A DNA stretch of 64,000 nt from an uncultured Acidimicrobiales bacterium (GCA_964533595.1 CAZHMP010000004.1:2723-66722); one strand, 5' to 3'. Counted from the first letter of the stretch, positions 25,483 to 36,721 are shown. The notes: generated by a model not told the origin, from the sequence alone. Program-made: numbers and translations.

Positions 25483-25715
25483 TGGCGAAGATCACCTCGA
25501 TAACCGAAATTGACGACGCCGATTTGGTCGACAAGCTTTCCGAAGCCAAGCAGGAACTCTTCAATCTGCGGTTTCAGATCGCCACCGGTCAGCTCGACAA
25601 CTCGTCGCGTTTGAAGCTGGTGAAGAAGGATATTGCCAGGTTCATGACCGAGCTCAGGGCCAGAGAAATTGCCGAAGCCGAGGCGCAGATCCTCGACGGC
25701 GGAGAGGAAAACTGA
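25482..25715 (+). CDS. rpmC: 50S ribosomal protein L29
   Basis: 77 aa, LSEAKQELFNLRFQIATGQLDNSSRLKLVKKDIAR. Confidence 0.93.
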   Translation: MAKITSITEIDDADLVDKLSEAKQELFNLRFQIATGQLDNSSRLKLVKKDIARFMTELRAREIAEAEAQILDGGEEN

Positions 25716-25984
25716 TGGCTGACGAAGCAGTTCGCGCCAACGCACGCAAGGTCCGTGAGGGGCTTGTCGTCTCCAACAAGATGGACAAGACCGCCACGGT
25801 CGAGTCGATCGACCGTGTCCGTCACCGCCGCTATGCCAAGACGGTTCAGCGGAGTGCCCGTTTGTTGGTTCACGACGAAAACAACGAGCTCAACATCGGC
25901 GACCGCGTCCGAGTGCAAGAGACACGGCCGCTGTCGAAGAACAAGCGCTGGCGTCTCGTGGAGATTCTGGAGCGTGCCAAGTGA
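25715..25984 (+). CDS. rpsQ: 30S ribosomal protein S17
   Basis: [19 protein letters not shown]...[46 protein letters not shown]. Confidence 0.96.
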   Translation: MADEAVRANARKVREGLVVSNKMDKTATVESIDRVRHRRYAKTVQRSARLLVHDENNELNIGDRVRVQETRPLSKNKRWRLVEILERAK

Positions 25985-26349
25985 TTCAGCAGGAGTCAAG
26001 GCTTCGGGTTGCCGACAACTCCGGCGCCAAAGAGGTCTTGTGCATCAAGGTCCTTGGTGGATCGAAGCGTCGCTACGCGTCGATCGGCGATGTGTTCGTC
26101 GCCACGGTGAAGGACGCCATCCCGGGCGCTCAGGTCAAGAAGGGCGAGGTCGTGAAGTGCGTCGTCGTCCGTGTCAAGAAAGAAAAGCGTCGCCCCGACG
26201 GTAGTTACATCCGTTTCGACGAGAACGCTGCCGTGTTGATCAACGATCAGCGCCAACCGCGTGGCACGCGAATTTTCGGCCCGGTTGGGCGTGAATTGCG
26301 GGACAAGCAGTTCATGCGCATCGTGTCGCTGGCACCGGAGGTGCTGTGA
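25981..26349 (+). CDS. rplN: 50S ribosomal protein L14
   Basis: [38 protein letters not shown]...[10 protein letters not shown]. Confidence 0.97.
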   Translation: MIQQESRLRVADNSGAKEVLCIKVLGGSKRRYASIGDVFVATVKDAIPGAQVKKGEVVKCVVVRVKKEKRRPDGSYIRFDENAAVLINDQRQPRGTRIFGPVGRELRDKQFMRIVSLAPEVL

Positions 26350-26657
26350 TGAAGATCCACAAAGGCGATCGCGTGGTCGTGATCAGCGGCAAGGACAAAG
26401 GCCTCGAAGGTGTCGTCGAGAAGGCGATTCCGGAGAAGGGCAAGGTAATTGTCGAGGGCATCAACGTCGCTCACAAACATCAGGCCCCGACGCGTCAAGA
26501 TCAGCAGGGCGGCATCATCGACAAGGCGATGCCTCTCGACGTATCCAACGTGGCCATCATCAGCCCCCAGGACGGTCGGCCCACTCGAGTCGGCTATCGC
26601 CTCGACGATGCCGGCCAGAAGGTTCGTATATGCAAGCGCACGGGAGCTGATCTCTGA
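26349..26657 (+). CDS. rplX: 50S ribosomal protein L24
   Basis: [18 protein letters not shown] (KOW). ATG 26349 overlaps the rplN stop; GTG 26346 is an alternative start. Confidence 0.94.
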   Translation: MKIHKGDRVVVISGKDKGLEGVVEKAIPEKGKVIVEGINVAHKHQAPTRQDQQGGIIDKAMPLDVSNVAIISPQDGRPTRVGYRLDDAGQKVRICKRTGADL

Positions 26658-27223
26658 TGAGCACCACCACCTACGCACCACGTTTCCGCACTCGTTACAA
26701 CGACGAGATCAAGTCGGCGCTCCAAGAAGAGCTCGGGTTGTCGAACGTGATGATGACTCCACGGCTCGAGAAGATTGTGCTCAACATGGGCGTCGGCGAA
26801 GCCGTCGGTCAGGCCAAGCTTCTCGACGGTGCCGTGGCCGACATGCAGACCATCGCCGGCCAAAAGCCCGTTATCACCAGGGCCAAGAAGTCGCTCGCCA
26901 GCTTCAAGCTGCGAGAAGGCCAGGCGATTGGTTGCAAGGTCACTCTTCGGGGTGATCGCATGTATGAATTCTTCGACCGGCTTGTGTCGCTCGCCATTCC
27001 GCGAATTCGAGACTTCCGGGGTTTGTCACCGAAGTCATTCGACGGCAACGGCAACTACACCTTCGGTGTCAACGAGCAACTGATTTTCCCGGAAGTCGAC
27101 TACGACAAGGTCGACACGATTCGGGGTATGGACATAACGATCGTCACCACAGCGAAAACCGACGACCAGGGCAGAGCACTGCTGCTGGCGTTCGGTTTCC
27201 CATTCCGACGCGGGGGGCAATAA
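26657..27223 (+). CDS. rplE: 50S ribosomal protein L5
   Basis: [15 protein letters not shown]...[37 protein letters not shown]. Confidence 0.97.
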   Translation: MSTTTYAPRFRTRYNDEIKSALQEELGLSNVMMTPRLEKIVLNMGVGEAVGQAKLLDGAVADMQTIAGQKPVITRAKKSLASFKLREGQAIGCKVTLRGDRMYEFFDRLVSLAIPRIRDFRGLSPKSFDGNGNYTFGVNEQLIFPEVDYDKVDTIRGMDITIVTTAKTDDQGRALLLAFGFPFRRGGQ

Positions 27224-27226
27224 CCC

Positions 27227-27412
27227 ATGGCCAAGAAGGCTTTGATCGAAAAGCAACAGCGCAAGCCGAAGTTCAAGGTTCGCGCATATACCCGCTGCCG
27301 CCGATGTGGTCGACCCCACTCGGTGTATCGCAAGTTCGGCCTGTGCCGAGTTTGCTTGCGGAAAATGGCTCACGCCGGCGAATTGCCCGGCGTGAAGAAG
27401 GCCAGTTGGTGA
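27227..27412 (+). CDS. rpsN: 30S ribosomal protein S14, zinc-binding type Z (61 aa)
   Basis: [45 protein letters not shown] with two CxxC pairs. Confidence 0.96.
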   Translation: MAKKALIEKQQRKPKFKVRAYTRCRRCGRPHSVYRKFGLCRVCLRKMAHAGELPGVKKASW

Positions 27413-27424
27413 GGTGCAACGAAA

Positions 27425-27829
27425 ATGACAATGACTGATCCAATTTCCGACATGCTCACCCGCATTCGCAACGCCAACGTGGCGATGCACGATGAGGTCG
27501 CCATGCCATCTTCCAAGCAGAAGTTGGCCCTGGCCGGTCTGCTCGAACGTGAGGGCTACATTGCTTCGTTCGCCGAGGCCGACAACGGCTCTCGACCGGG
27601 CAAGACGCTCACGATCGAGATGAAGTACTCGCCTGAGAGGGCGCGTGTGATCTCAGGGTTGAAGCGAATCTCCAAGCCCGGCTTGCGCATCTACCGCAAG
27701 CGGGACGAGATCCCGCGTGTCCAGGGAGGCCTCGGGGTGGCGATCGTGTCCACCAGCAAGGGCCTTATGTCCGACCGTGAAGCGAGGAAGAACCGCATGG
27801 GCGGCGAAATCCTCTGCTTCGTCTGGTGA
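27425..27829 (+). CDS. rpsH: 30S ribosomal protein S8
   Basis: [25 protein letters not shown]...[31 protein letters not shown]. Confidence 0.97.
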   Translation: MTMTDPISDMLTRIRNANVAMHDEVAMPSSKQKLALAGLLEREGYIASFAEADNGSRPGKTLTIEMKYSPERARVISGLKRISKPGLRIYRKRDEIPRVQGGLGVAIVSTSKGLMSDREARKNRMGGEILCFVW

Positions 27830-27839
27830 GGAGGGTCTG

Positions 27840-28379
27840 ATGAGCAGAGTAGGCAGTCAGCCCATCACCATTCCGAGCGGCGTCGACATCTCGATCGACG
27901 GCGCTCGCGTCACGGTCAAGGGATCGAAGGGCACCCTCGAACGCACCTTGCCCGGCGGAATCCTCGCCAGCCAAGTTGAGTCCGAGATCCTCGTTGAACG
28001 TCCCGACGACTCGCGAGAGAGCCGTTCTCTTCACGGGCTGTGTCGCACCTTGATCGACAACATGATCATCGGAGTGTCGACGGGGTTCCGCAAGGAGCTT
28101 CAGATCCAGGGTGTTGGCTATCGCGCCACCGCCAAGGGAAAGGACGCTCTCGAACTGGCCCTTGGCTACAGCCACCCGGTGGCGATCAAGGCGCCCGATG
28201 GCATTGAGTTCGAAGTCCCCGTACAGACCCAGATAATCGTTACCGGAATCGACAAGCAACTTGTCGGGCAGGTAGCGGCTGATATTCGCAAGTGGCGCAA
28301 GCCGGAGCCTTACAAGGGCAAGGGAATCCGCTACGCAGGCGAACACGTGGCTCGCAAGGCTGGAAAGGCTGCGAAGTAA
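27840..28379 (+). CDS. rplF: 50S ribosomal protein L6
   Basis: [34 protein letters not shown]...[18 protein letters not shown] 27840 inside ORF 27717..28379. Confidence 0.96.
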   Translation: MSRVGSQPITIPSGVDISIDGARVTVKGSKGTLERTLPGGILASQVESEILVERPDDSRESRSLHGLCRTLIDNMIIGVSTGFRKELQIQGVGYRATAKGKDALELALGYSHPVAIKAPDGIEFEVPVQTQIIVTGIDKQLVGQVAADIRKWRKPEPYKGKGIRYAGEHVARKAGKAAK

Positions 28380-28744
28380 TGGCTGATACAGCTAAGAAGC
28401 GACGCAATGACCGGATTCGCCGGCACCACCGCATCCGCAAGACCCTGTTCGGAACACCTGAACGTCCGCGTTTGGCGGTGTTCCGGTCGAATCGTCACAT
28501 CTCCGCTCAGGTGATTGATGATTTGGGAGGCGTCACCATCGTGTCGGCGTCGACCAAAGAAGCCGAGTTGGTCTCGGCGGGTGGTGGCAACATCGATGCC
28601 GCAGGCAATGTTGGCAAGCTCATCGCCGAGAGGGCGAAAGCAGCCGGAATCGACTCGGTCGTGTTCGACCGCGGTGGGTTTCGGTATCACGGGCGTGTGG
28701 CCGCTTTGGCCGACGCAGCCCGCGAGGAAGGACTCGAGTTCTGA
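28379..28744 (+). CDS. rplR: 50S ribosomal protein L18
   Basis: [35 protein letters not shown]...[31 protein letters not shown] overlaps the rplF stop by 1 nt. Confidence 0.95.
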   Translation: MADTAKKRRNDRIRRHHRIRKTLFGTPERPRLAVFRSNRHISAQVIDDLGGVTIVSASTKEAELVSAGGGNIDAAGNVGKLIAERAKAAGIDSVVFDRGGFRYHGRVAALADAAREEGLEF

Positions 28745-29319
28745 TGGCATACGAACAGCAAGTTTCAGCTGACGGGCTCCGTGAGTCTCGCGTCATCAAC
28801 ATCAACCGTGTGGCCAAAGTGGTCAAGGGTGGACGCAGGTTCTCCTTCACTGCCCTGGTTGTCATCGGTGACGGCGCTGGTCGTGTCGGCCTGGGATATG
28901 GCAAGGCCAAAGAGGTGCCGCTCGCAATTCAAAAGGGCACCGAAGAGGCACGTAGAAATCTGTTCTCGGTTCCGATGTCAGGGTCCACAGTCGTGCACGA
29001 GACGATCGGTATTGCCGGGGCGGGTCGAGTGATGCTCAAGCCCGCGGCTCCCGGAACCGGCGTGATCGCTGGTGGCGCCGCTCGCGCCATCCTCGAGGAG
29101 GCCGGTATCCGCGACGTGTTGTGCAAGTCGCTGGGGTCCCCCAATTACATCAACGTGGCTCGCGCCACCATCGCTGGGCTCTCCGGTCTTCGTCGTCCTG
29201 ACGAGATTGCGCGCCTTCGTGGCCTCGATCCCGACGAGTTCCTTCCCGCCTCGATGTGGAAGGCCTACCAGGAGAGCGAGCGCGGGTCCGACTCGGCGAG
29301 CTCCGAAGAGGATTCATGA
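28744..29319 (+). CDS. rpsE: 30S ribosomal protein S5
   Basis: [50 protein letters not shown]. Confidence 0.97.
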   Translation: MAYEQQVSADGLRESRVININRVAKVVKGGRRFSFTALVVIGDGAGRVGLGYGKAKEVPLAIQKGTEEARRNLFSVPMSGSTVVHETIGIAGAGRVMLKPAAPGTGVIAGGAARAILEEAGIRDVLCKSLGSPNYINVARATIAGLSGLRRPDEIARLRGLDPDEFLPASMWKAYQESERGSDSASSEEDS

Positions 29320-29516
29320 TGGCTTCCAAGGTCGGTCAGATTCGCGTAACCCAAATCCGTTCCAGCATCGGCACCAAGCCGAAGCAACGTGGAACCCTTC
29401 GTGCTCTCGGCCTTCGCCGAATCGGGCACTCCAATGTCCTTCCTGATCGGGGAGAAATCCGCGGCATGATTGCCCGCGTTCCTCACCTGGTTGAAGTCGA
29501 GGAGATCGACAAATGA
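29316..29516 (+). CDS. rpmD: 50S ribosomal protein L30
   Basis: [36 protein letters not shown]. The ATGATG start (29316 or 29319) overlaps the rpsE stop. Confidence 0.93.
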   Translation: MMASKVGQIRVTQIRSSIGTKPKQRGTLRALGLRRIGHSNVLPDRGEIRGMIARVPHLVEVEEIDK

Positions 29517-30007
29517 TCAAACTTCACGACCTGACCCCATCTGAGGGGTCCAACAAACGGGGCAAGCGCAAGGCCCGGGGTATCGGCGGCAAGGGCGGCA
29601 AGACCGCGGGCCGTGGTACCAAAGGCCAGCGCGCCCGCAACACCGTTCCTGTCGGGTTTGAGGGTGGCCAGATGCCACTCACCCAGCGTGTGCCGAAGTG
29701 GCGTGGCTTCACCAACCCGTTCCGGGTTGAATACCAGGCCATCAATCTCGATGTGCTCGAGTCACTCGGGTCCGACGAGGTCAGCCCTGAATCCCTTCTC
29801 GAAGGTGGCCTTGTCAGCAAGGGTGCGCTTGTGAAGATTCTGGGTCGCGGCGAGATCAGTCGCGCCGTCACCGTCAAGGCTCATGCATTCTCGAAGTCGG
29901 CCGAATCCGCCATCGTCGCGGCCGGCGGTAGTGTCGAGGTCGTTGCCAAACCGTGGGGCGACCGTCGTCCTGCTCATGGCAGCTTCAATCAACACACCAA
30001 TCGTTGA
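29513..30007 (+). CDS. rplO: 50S ribosomal protein L15
   Basis: [42 protein letters not shown]. Confidence 0.96.
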   Translation: MIKLHDLTPSEGSNKRGKRKARGIGGKGGKTAGRGTKGQRARNTVPVGFEGGQMPLTQRVPKWRGFTNPFRVEYQAINLDVLESLGSDEVSPESLLEGGLVSKGALVKILGRGEISRAVTVKAHAFSKSAESAIVAAGGSVEVVAKPWGDRRPAHGSFNQHTNR

Positions 30008-30074
30008 TATTTCACGGGCGCCCTGACGCCCATCGTTGACAAACCCGAGGCCAACCCAAACCGGAGAGTACGGC

Positions 30075-31406
30075 GTGCTGTCGAGAGTCCTCAATATGTT
30101 CCGGGTCCCAGACCTGCGAAACAAGATCCTGTTCACGATCTTCATGATCGGGCTCTACCGGCTCGGATCGTTCATCCCGGCTCCCGGGGTCGACACCGAG
30201 GCCGTGCAGGGCTTGCGAGATCAGGCCAACCAGGGTGGCGGCATCCTGGGATTCGTCCAGTTGTTCAGCGGCGGCGCCCTCACACAGTTCGCGGTGTTTG
30301 CGCTGGGGATCATGCCCTACATCACCTCGTCGATCATCATGCAGATTCTCGGTGTGGTGATCCCCAAGATCGAGCAGTGGCAAGAGCAGGGTGCGGTCGG
30401 TCAACGCAAGATCACCCAGTGGACCAGGTACATGACCGTGTCCATCGCCGTCGTGCAGTCCACGAGCTTCGCCTTCTTGTTCCACCAGGGCCAGCTGGTG
30501 GGCAACGTCGATCTTCTTCCGAAGTTCAACGCCTGGACCGTGTTCGTGGTGGTGCTCACTCTCACTACCGGAACCGCGCTTCTCATGTGGATGGGAGAGC
30601 TCATAACACAACGCGGCATAGGCAACGGCATGTCATTGTTGATCTTTGCAAGTGTGGTTTCGAGCCTGCCCGCCCAGGGTTCGTTGGTGCAGGCGAACAA
30701 CGGCACGCCGGCGCTGATCATCCTGATCGCGGTGATGGTGATGTTGCTGGCGGCAATTGTGTTCGTCGAGCAGGGTCAGCGCCGTATCCCCGTGCAATTC
30801 GCCAAGCGGGTGGTGGGGCGCCGCATGTACGGCGGCCAGAGCACCTACATCCCCCTCAAGGTCAACCAGTCGGGCGTGATTCCGATCATCTTCGCCAGTT
30901 CGGTCCTTTATCTGCCGAATCTGGCCGCGGCTGCTTTGCCCGACAGCGGATTCTGGGGAAGCGTTCAGAGGTTCGTCAACAACAACGTCGCCGATCCGAC
31001 CGCCGTTCTGTATCTGGTGTTCTTCGGTCTGTTGATCGTTGGATTCGCGTATTTCTATACGGCGATCAGCTTCGATCCCGCCAAGCAGGCCGACACGATA
31101 CGAAAGCAAGGCGGTTTCATCCCCGGTATTCGACCCGGGCCGCAGACCGAGCGGTACTTGGCCCGCATCCTCACGCGGATCACTCTTCCCGGCGCACTCT
31201 TTGTGGCCGGCGTGGCGTTGTTGCCTTCTATTTTCATCAACATCACCCTCGACGGGTCCGGCAGCACGGGTGGCCACGGTGGTGGCGCAGGCGGGTTTGC
31301 CTTCGGAGGCATATCTCTGCTGATCGCAGCCGGTGTGGCCCTCGAAACGATGAAGCAGATCGACAGCCAATTGATGATGCGCAATTACGACGGCTTCCTG
31401 AGTTAG
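30075..31406 (+). CDS. secY: Preprotein translocase subunit SecY
   Basis: LSRVLNMFRVPDLRNKILFTIFMIGLYRLGSFIPAPGV, 10-TM profile. GTG 30075 gives a canonical N-terminus; the ORF is open from TTG 30036. Confidence 0.95.
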   Translation: MLSRVLNMFRVPDLRNKILFTIFMIGLYRLGSFIPAPGVDTEAVQGLRDQANQGGGILGFVQLFSGGALTQFAVFALGIMPYITSSIIMQILGVVIPKIEQWQEQGAVGQRKITQWTRYMTVSIAVVQSTSFAFLFHQGQLVGNVDLLPKFNAWTVFVVVLTLTTGTALLMWMGELITQRGIGNGMSLLIFASVVSSLPAQGSLVQANNGTPALIILIAVMVMLLAAIVFVEQGQRRIPVQFAKRVVGRRMYGGQSTYIPLKVNQSGVIPIIFASSVLYLPNLAAAALPDSGFWGSVQRFVNNNVADPTAVLYLVFFGLLIVGFAYFYTAISFDPAKQADTIRKQGGFIPGIRPGPQTERYLARILTRITLPGALFVAGVALLPSIFINITLDGSGSTGGHGGGAGGFAFGGISLLIAAGVALETMKQIDSQLMMRNYDGFLS

Positions 31407-31485
31407 GAGTCGCCCAATTGGGCAGTGAGGGTAACCTCGCTGGGAAATTGTCACGAGCGATGTGCACGCGAGAGGAAACGTACAT

Positions 31486-32058
31486 ATGCCGGCTATCCGA
31501 CTTGTGATCTTGGGCCGACAGGGCTCGGGCAAGGGAACTCAGTCTGTGCGTATCGCAGAGACCTTCGGTTGTGTGCACGTGTCCACCGGCGACATGCTTC
31601 GCGCCGCGGTTGCCGAGGGCAGCGATTTGGGCCAGCAGGCTTCGGCTGTGATGGAGGCGGGCGGGCTGGTGTCAGACGACATCATGAACGGGATCGTCGC
31701 CGAAAGACTTGCGAAACCCGACATCGTTGCCAACGGAGTTCTTCTCGATGGATTCCCACGCACTGCTGACCAAGCCGATGCTCTCGAATCGATGCTTTCC
31801 GAGCTCAACAGCAAGATTTCGATGGCCATCAACTTGGATGTGCCGGTCGAAGAGGTGACCAAGCGAATGATGGAGCGTGGGCGTTCCGACGACACCGAAG
31901 CAGCCATTCGCCGCCGTCTGCAGCTCTACGAAGAGCAAACGGCTCCTCTATTGCGGTGGTTCGACCAAAGGGGTCTGTTGAAGACCATCGACGGCCTTGG
32001 AACTGAGAGCGAAATATTCGATCGGATAAAATTCGCCATCAACGAATTGGCCAACTGA
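31486..32058 (+). CDS. adk: Adenylate kinase (short, no Zn-lid cysteines)
   Basis: MPAIRLVILGRQGSGKGTQ (P-loop), STGDMLR, LLDGFPRT. ATG 31486 within ORF 31462..32058. Confidence 0.92.
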   Translation: MPAIRLVILGRQGSGKGTQSVRIAETFGCVHVSTGDMLRAAVAEGSDLGQQASAVMEAGGLVSDDIMNGIVAERLAKPDIVANGVLLDGFPRTADQADALESMLSELNSKISMAINLDVPVEEVTKRMMERGRSDDTEAAIRRRLQLYEEQTAPLLRWFDQRGLLKTIDGLGTESEIFDRIKFAINELAN

Positions 32059-32172
32059 TGAGTGGTCGGCGGGTTGGACGCCCAGTGCGGGCCCGATAGC
32101 GTAGTCGATCGGTCTGGATCCACAGGCCATCCCGCGCACGGACTTGTCCGAGCGCCTGTAGGAGGTTCCACC

Positions 32173-32397
32173 CTGTCGAAGCCGAAGGAAGATGCAATCG
32201 TCCTGGAAGGGACCGTCACCGAATCTCTACCCAACGCAATGTTCCGGGTCGAGCTCGAAAACGGTCACCAGGTCCTGGCCCACATAAGCGGGAAGATGCG
32301 GATGCACTACATCCGGATCCTGCCGGGAGATCGCGTCCAGGTGGAGTTGACCCCATACGACCTCGAACGAGGCCGTATTACATATCGCTACAAGTAG
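32173..32397 (+). CDS. infA: Translation initiation factor IF-1 (probable non-AUG start)
   Basis: [78 protein letters not shown] at 32161-32165 sits 7 nt before CTG 32173. The only upstream in-frame canonical start (GTG 32062) adds 37 unconserved aa. Confidence 0.85.
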   Translation: MSKPKEDAIVLEGTVTESLPNAMFRVELENGHQVLAHISGKMRMHYIRILPGDRVQVELTPYDLERGRITYRYK

Positions 32398-32447
32398 CCC
32401 GGCCGAATGGCTGGCGATCAGACGGCCGATAATCGGCCGGGAGAAAA

Positions 32448-32561
32448 ATGAAGGTTCGTCCAAGCGTTAAGAAGATCTGTGACAAGTGCAAGGTGATACG
32501 TCGCCGCGGCCGGGTGATGGTCATCTGTGACAATCCGCGTCACAAGCAGAGGCAGGGCTGA
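32448..32561 (+). CDS. rpmJ: 50S ribosomal protein L36
   Basis: Not in the ORF track (<60 aa). Hand translation gives [37 protein letters not shown] with the CxxC...C...H zinc motif. Confidence 0.95.
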   Translation: MKVRPSVKKICDKCKVIRRRGRVMVICDNPRHKQRQG

Positions 32562-32562
32562 A

Positions 32563-32940
32563 ATGGCACGCATAAGTGGGGTAGACATTCCCCGTGACAA
32601 GCAGGTGGGCACTTCGCTCACCTACATTTTCGGAATCGGCAACACGACGGCAAGCCGTATGTGCCGCGAGACCGAGATCGACCCGACGACTCGGGTTCGC
32701 GACCTCACCGACGACGAAGTCGCACGACTTCGCTCATTCATCGATGCGAATCTTCACGTTGAGGGTGATCTTCGCCGTGAGGTCTCCCAGGACATCAAGC
32801 GCAAGATGGAAATTGGTTGCTACCAAGGTCTGCGGCATCGTCGCGGCCTGCCGGTGAGGGGCCAGCGCACCCACACCAATGCTCGCACTCGCAAGGGACC
32901 GAAGAAGACGGTTGCCGGTAAGAAGAAGGTTGGAAGGTAA
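32563..32940 (+). CDS. rpsM: 30S ribosomal protein S13
   Basis: [26 protein letters not shown]...[24 protein letters not shown]. Confidence 0.97.
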   Translation: MARISGVDIPRDKQVGTSLTYIFGIGNTTASRMCRETEIDPTTRVRDLTDDEVARLRSFIDANLHVEGDLRREVSQDIKRKMEIGCYQGLRHRRGLPVRGQRTHTNARTRKGPKKTVAGKKKVGR

Positions 32941-33338
32941 TGGCCACACCGTCTACGGGAGCGCGTCGCACCCGCAAGCGTGAGCGCAAGAACGTCACCC
33001 ACGGCATTGCGCACATCAAGAGTTCTTTCAACAACACGATCATCACGATCTCTGATCAGCAGGGAAACGTGATTGCTTGGGCCTCCGCCGGCAATGTCGG
33101 CTTCAAAGGGTCCCGCAAGTCCACGCCGTTCGCCGCTCAAATGGCAGCTGAGAATGCTGCACGACAGGCAATGGAACATGGCGTTCGCAAGGTCGACGTC
33201 CAGGTGAAGGGCCCCGGTTCCGGCCGAGAGACCGCCATCCGGTCGATCCAGAACGCAGGTATAGAAATCACAGGGATCAAGGACTGCACTCCAGTTCCCC
33301 ACAACGGCTGCCGTCTCAACAAGCGGCGGAGGGTCTGA
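32940..33338 (+). CDS. rpsK: 30S ribosomal protein S11
   Basis: [46 protein letters not shown]... Confidence 0.97.
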   Translation: MATPSTGARRTRKRERKNVTHGIAHIKSSFNNTIITISDQQGNVIAWASAGNVGFKGSRKSTPFAAQMAAENAARQAMEHGVRKVDVQVKGPGSGRETAIRSIQNAGIEITGIKDCTPVPHNGCRLNKRRRV

Positions 33339-33339
33339 C

Positions 33340-33954
33340 ATGTCTCGCTACACCGGACCGAGGGCACGAGTTTCGCGCCGCCTCGGCACAAACATCTGGG
33401 GAACCAAGGGCGAGACGATCGCCCTCGACAAGCGCCCGTATCCTCCGGGCGAACATGGTCGTTCACGTCGTCGTGGATCCGTTTCCGAATACCTCATGCA
33501 GCTTCAGGAGAAACAGAAGGCGCGTTTCTCCTATGGTCTCACGGAGCGTCAGTTCCGTAACTTGTTCGCCGAGGCCAACCGGCGCCAGGGCGTCACCGGC
33601 GACAACATGCTGCGTTACCTCGAGCTACGGCTCGACAACGTCGTGTACCGCTGTGGTTGGGGCGCAACTCGCCCCCAGGCTCGTCAGTTCGTCAATCACG
33701 GTCACATCAACGTGAACGGCAAACGTGTCGACATTCCGAGCTACCGCCTCCGCAAGGGAGACGTCGTCGAGCTTCGTTCCAAGGTCCGCGAATCGGCACC
33801 TGTTCAGTGGAACCTCGACGTGCTCGACCGTACCCCTCCGGCATGGCTGGAAAAGGGTGAAGAGTTTCAGATCATCGTTCGTGAGCTCCCGATTCGTGAG
33901 CAGATCGACATTCCTGTCCGAGAGCAGCTCATAGTCGAGCTCTACTCCAAGTAG
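33340..33954 (+). CDS. rpsD: 30S ribosomal protein S4
   Basis: MSRYTGPRARVSRRLG...SEYLMQLQEKQKARFSYG...LELRLDNVVYR (S4 domain). Confidence 0.97.
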   Translation: MSRYTGPRARVSRRLGTNIWGTKGETIALDKRPYPPGEHGRSRRRGSVSEYLMQLQEKQKARFSYGLTERQFRNLFAEANRRQGVTGDNMLRYLELRLDNVVYRCGWGATRPQARQFVNHGHINVNGKRVDIPSYRLRKGDVVELRSKVRESAPVQWNLDVLDRTPPAWLEKGEEFQIIVRELPIREQIDIPVREQLIVELYSK

Positions 33955-33967
33955 CGGAGGCATCACG

Positions 33968-34906
33968 TTGCTAACCATTCAACGGCCGGCAGTGGAGTCA
34001 CTCGGCGAGGCCGAGGGCAATACTCAGCGGTTCCAGATTTCACCACTCGAGCGCGGGTTCGGATATTCGCTCGGCAATTCCATCAGGCGCACGTTGTTGT
34101 CGTCGATCCCGGGCGCCGCTGTGACCCAGGTTCGCTTTGACGATGCCCTGCACGAATTCGCCACCATCACCGGCGTCGCCGAGGATGTCACCGACATCAT
34201 CTTGAACATCAAGGACATCGTCCTCACCGTTCATTCCGATGAGCCGGTCACGTTGCGTCTCGATGCCCGTGGTCCCGGCGATGTCACTGCGGGAGACATC
34301 CAGACCCACCCCGACGTGGAGATCCAGAACACCGATTTGCTTCTGGCCACCCTCAACGAGAAGGGCCGCCTGGCCATCGACCTCACTGTGCAGAAGGGTC
34401 GTGGCTACACACCAGCAGGCAAGAACGCCAGCTCCACCACCATTGGGGTAATTCCCATCGACTCGATCTACTCGCCAATTCGTCGAGTATCGGTCGACGT
34501 CGAGTCAGCAGGGGTGGAACGCTCCGGCGACTTCGACTTGCTGGTCATCGAGATCGAGACCGATGGCACCATCAGCCCTCGCGAGGCCCTCGCGTCGGCC
34601 GGCTCCACCCTTCGCACTCTCGTGCAGTTGGTGGAAGAGATGAGCGATGAACCCCAGGGGTTGGAGCTCGGTGAAGCCATCCAGGTGGCGGCGGGCGGTC
34701 CTGATATGGATCTTCCCATCGAAGACCTGGAATTGTCCGAACGCCCACGCAATTGTCTCAAGCGGGCCCAGGTGAACAGCGTGGGCGAGTTGCTTCAGAA
34801 GTCGGAAGACGATCTGTTGGCCATCACCAACTTCGGCCAGAAGAGCCTCGATGAGGTAATTGCAAAGCTCGATGAGCGAGGCCTCTCGCTCCGAAACAGA
34901 GACTGA
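33968..34906 (+). CDS. rpoA: DNA-directed RNA polymerase subunit alpha
   Basis: [30 protein letters not shown] and C-terminal domain [26 protein letters not shown] start. Confidence 0.96.
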   Translation: MLTIQRPAVESLGEAEGNTQRFQISPLERGFGYSLGNSIRRTLLSSIPGAAVTQVRFDDALHEFATITGVAEDVTDIILNIKDIVLTVHSDEPVTLRLDARGPGDVTAGDIQTHPDVEIQNTDLLLATLNEKGRLAIDLTVQKGRGYTPAGKNASSTTIGVIPIDSIYSPIRRVSVDVESAGVERSGDFDLLVIEIETDGTISPREALASAGSTLRTLVQLVEEMSDEPQGLELGEAIQVAAGGPDMDLPIEDLELSERPRNCLKRAQVNSVGELLQKSEDDLLAITNFGQKSLDEVIAKLDERGLSLRNRD

Positions 34907-34907
34907 C

Positions 34908-35261
34908 ATGCCTGCAACACCACGCAAACCACGCAACTTTGGCGGAAGCTCTCAGCATCAGAAGCTGATGATGGCCAATCTCGTTGCGTCGCTGATAGCT
35001 GCGGAAGGAATCACCACCACCGAAGCCAAGGCGAAGGCTCTTCGTCCGGTCGCGGAAAAGATGATCACCAAGGCTCGCAAGGGCGGACTCCACAACCACC
35101 GTCAGGTGGTGAAGTTCCTGGGCGATCGCGAGATGGCCTCGAAGCTCTTCGATGAGATCGGCCCTCGTTACGAAGACCGCCAGGGTGGCTACACCCGCAT
35201 CATCAAGCTCGGGCCACGTCAGGGCGACAACGCCCCGATGGCCCGCATCGAACTAGTCTGA
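34908..35261 (+). CDS. rplQ: 50S ribosomal protein L17
   Basis: [46 protein letters not shown]...[25 protein letters not shown]. Confidence 0.96.
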   Translation: MPATPRKPRNFGGSSQHQKLMMANLVASLIAAEGITTTEAKAKALRPVAEKMITKARKGGLHNHRQVVKFLGDREMASKLFDEIGPRYEDRQGGYTRIIKLGPRQGDNAPMARIELV

Positions 35262-35296
35262 TCCAGACGCGCGTCCCCCCGCCGCCCCCGCCTGGT

Positions 35297-36043
35297 TTGG
35301 TGAGGGTGCGGATGGCCGTCGCCTACGACGGCGCGGCCTTCCACGGGTTTGCCAAGAATCCCGATGTAGTCACCGTCGCCGGCGAGTTGGAAAAGACTCT
35401 CACCGAGGTCCTCCGACACGACGTATCCATCACCTGCGCCGGCCGCACCGACAAGGGCGTTCACGCCCGCGGCCAAGTGGTCAGCTTCGATGCCAATGCG
35501 GATTTTTTTGATCCGGTTGCAGTGCAACGAGCCGTGAACCGAATATTGCGACCATCGATAGTGGCGCGAGACGTGAGGGCGACCGAGCCCACCTTTTCGG
35601 CTCGTCTGTCTTGCACCGGGCGTTCCTATCGTTACACCGTTTTGAGCAGCGAAGTGTCCGACCCGTTGTTGGCACCGATGGTCTGGCACGTTCGCGAGCC
35701 TTTGGATCTTCGGGCGATGAACGCAGCTTGTGATCAGGTCTTGGGTCTGCACGACTTTTCTGCGTTCAGCAAACGCAACAAGTCAAGGCCCGACGAGTCG
35801 ATGCTGCGAAGAGTCGAGCGAGCGGAGTGGTCGTCGAGGGGGAACTTGATCCGTTTCGACATCCGAGCGAAGTCTTTTGCCCATCAGATGGTGCGAAGCC
35901 TGGTCGCCATGATGGTCGATGTCGGTAAGGGCCATCGTCGAGCCATCGACATGGGGGAGGCGTTGCGGTCACTTGACCGAGCTCAAGTGACGTCGCCGGC
36001 CCCGCCGCAAGGTTTGGTGTTCACCAAAGCTCATTACTCGTAG
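35297..36043 (+). CDS. truA: tRNA pseudouridine(38-40) synthase TruA
   Basis: AVAYDGAAFHGFA...CAGRTDKGVHARGQVVSF...FAHQMVRSLV. Conserved position after rplQ. Confidence 0.9.
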   Translation: MVRVRMAVAYDGAAFHGFAKNPDVVTVAGELEKTLTEVLRHDVSITCAGRTDKGVHARGQVVSFDANADFFDPVAVQRAVNRILRPSIVARDVRATEPTFSARLSCTGRSYRYTVLSSEVSDPLLAPMVWHVREPLDLRAMNAACDQVLGLHDFSAFSKRNKSRPDESMLRRVERAEWSSRGNLIRFDIRAKSFAHQMVRSLVAMMVDVGKGHRRAIDMGEALRSLDRAQVTSPAPPQGLVFTKAHYS

Positions 36044-36251
36044 TCCCGTTTTCGTGAGCGTATTTTCACGAGCATGCGACGAAGGTCACGGACCGAGTCT
36101 CGCGATGAGAATACGCCCACACGTCACGTCGGAGGAATCGCGAACAATGCCCCGCGCGCGCTTGTTGTTCGTGGTATGCGCCTCTAGCCTTGTCAACCGG
36201 TCTTGGCGCCCGTCTGCGTCCAATCAGTTCTGCATTACGCGGGAGCGAAGC

Positions 36252-36707
36252 GTGTCTACCTACAGTCCAAAAATCAGTGAGATCGAGCGTGCTTGGCACG
36301 TCGTCGATGCCGAGGGTCTCGTGCTTGGCCGTATGGCCACCGAGGTCGCCAACATTTTGCGCGGCAAGCACAAGCCGACCTACGCCGCTCACATCGACAC
36401 CGGCGATCATGTGATCATCATCAACGCCGACAAGGTTGTTCTCACCGCCGGCAAGGCCGATCGCAAGATGGTCTATCACCACACTGGTTATCCCGGCGGT
36501 ATTCGCAGCGAGACCTACGCCAACAAGTTGAGCCGTAAGCCAGAGCAGGCCGTCTACGACACGATCCGTGGCATGCTCCCGAAGACTCGGCTGGGCAGCG
36601 CACAGATCAACAAGCTGAAGGTCTACGCGGGCCCGACGCATCCCCACTCCGCACAGGAGCCACAGCCGCTTGAGATCGAGCACGCCCGTTCGCGTGCCCG
36701 CTCCTGA
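36252..36707 (+). CDS. rplM: 50S ribosomal protein L13
   Basis: [46 protein letters not shown] 36252 is preceded by GGGAG. The longer ORF from 36054 has a non-conserved N-terminus. Confidence 0.94.
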   Translation: MSTYSPKISEIERAWHVVDAEGLVLGRMATEVANILRGKHKPTYAAHIDTGDHVIIINADKVVLTAGKADRKMVYHHTGYPGGIRSETYANKLSRKPEQAVYDTIRGMLPKTRLGSAQINKLKVYAGPTHPHSAQEPQPLEIEHARSRARS

Positions 36708-36721
36708 CGAGGACGATACAG

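Noticed and set aside
32059-32172. Absence of map (methionine aminopeptidase) between adk and infA, considered as a deletion scar.
   Set aside because: The adk-map-infA order is common but not universal, the 114-nt gap shows no gene remnant, and map may simply be elsewhere in the genome.
32423-32439. Palindrome CGGCCGAT-A-ATCGGCCG between infA and rpmJ.
   Set aside because: It is an 8-bp stem with a 1-nt loop, which cannot form a stable hairpin loop, and has no U-tract. It is probably a chance palindrome or a minor protein-binding site. Evidence is insufficient.
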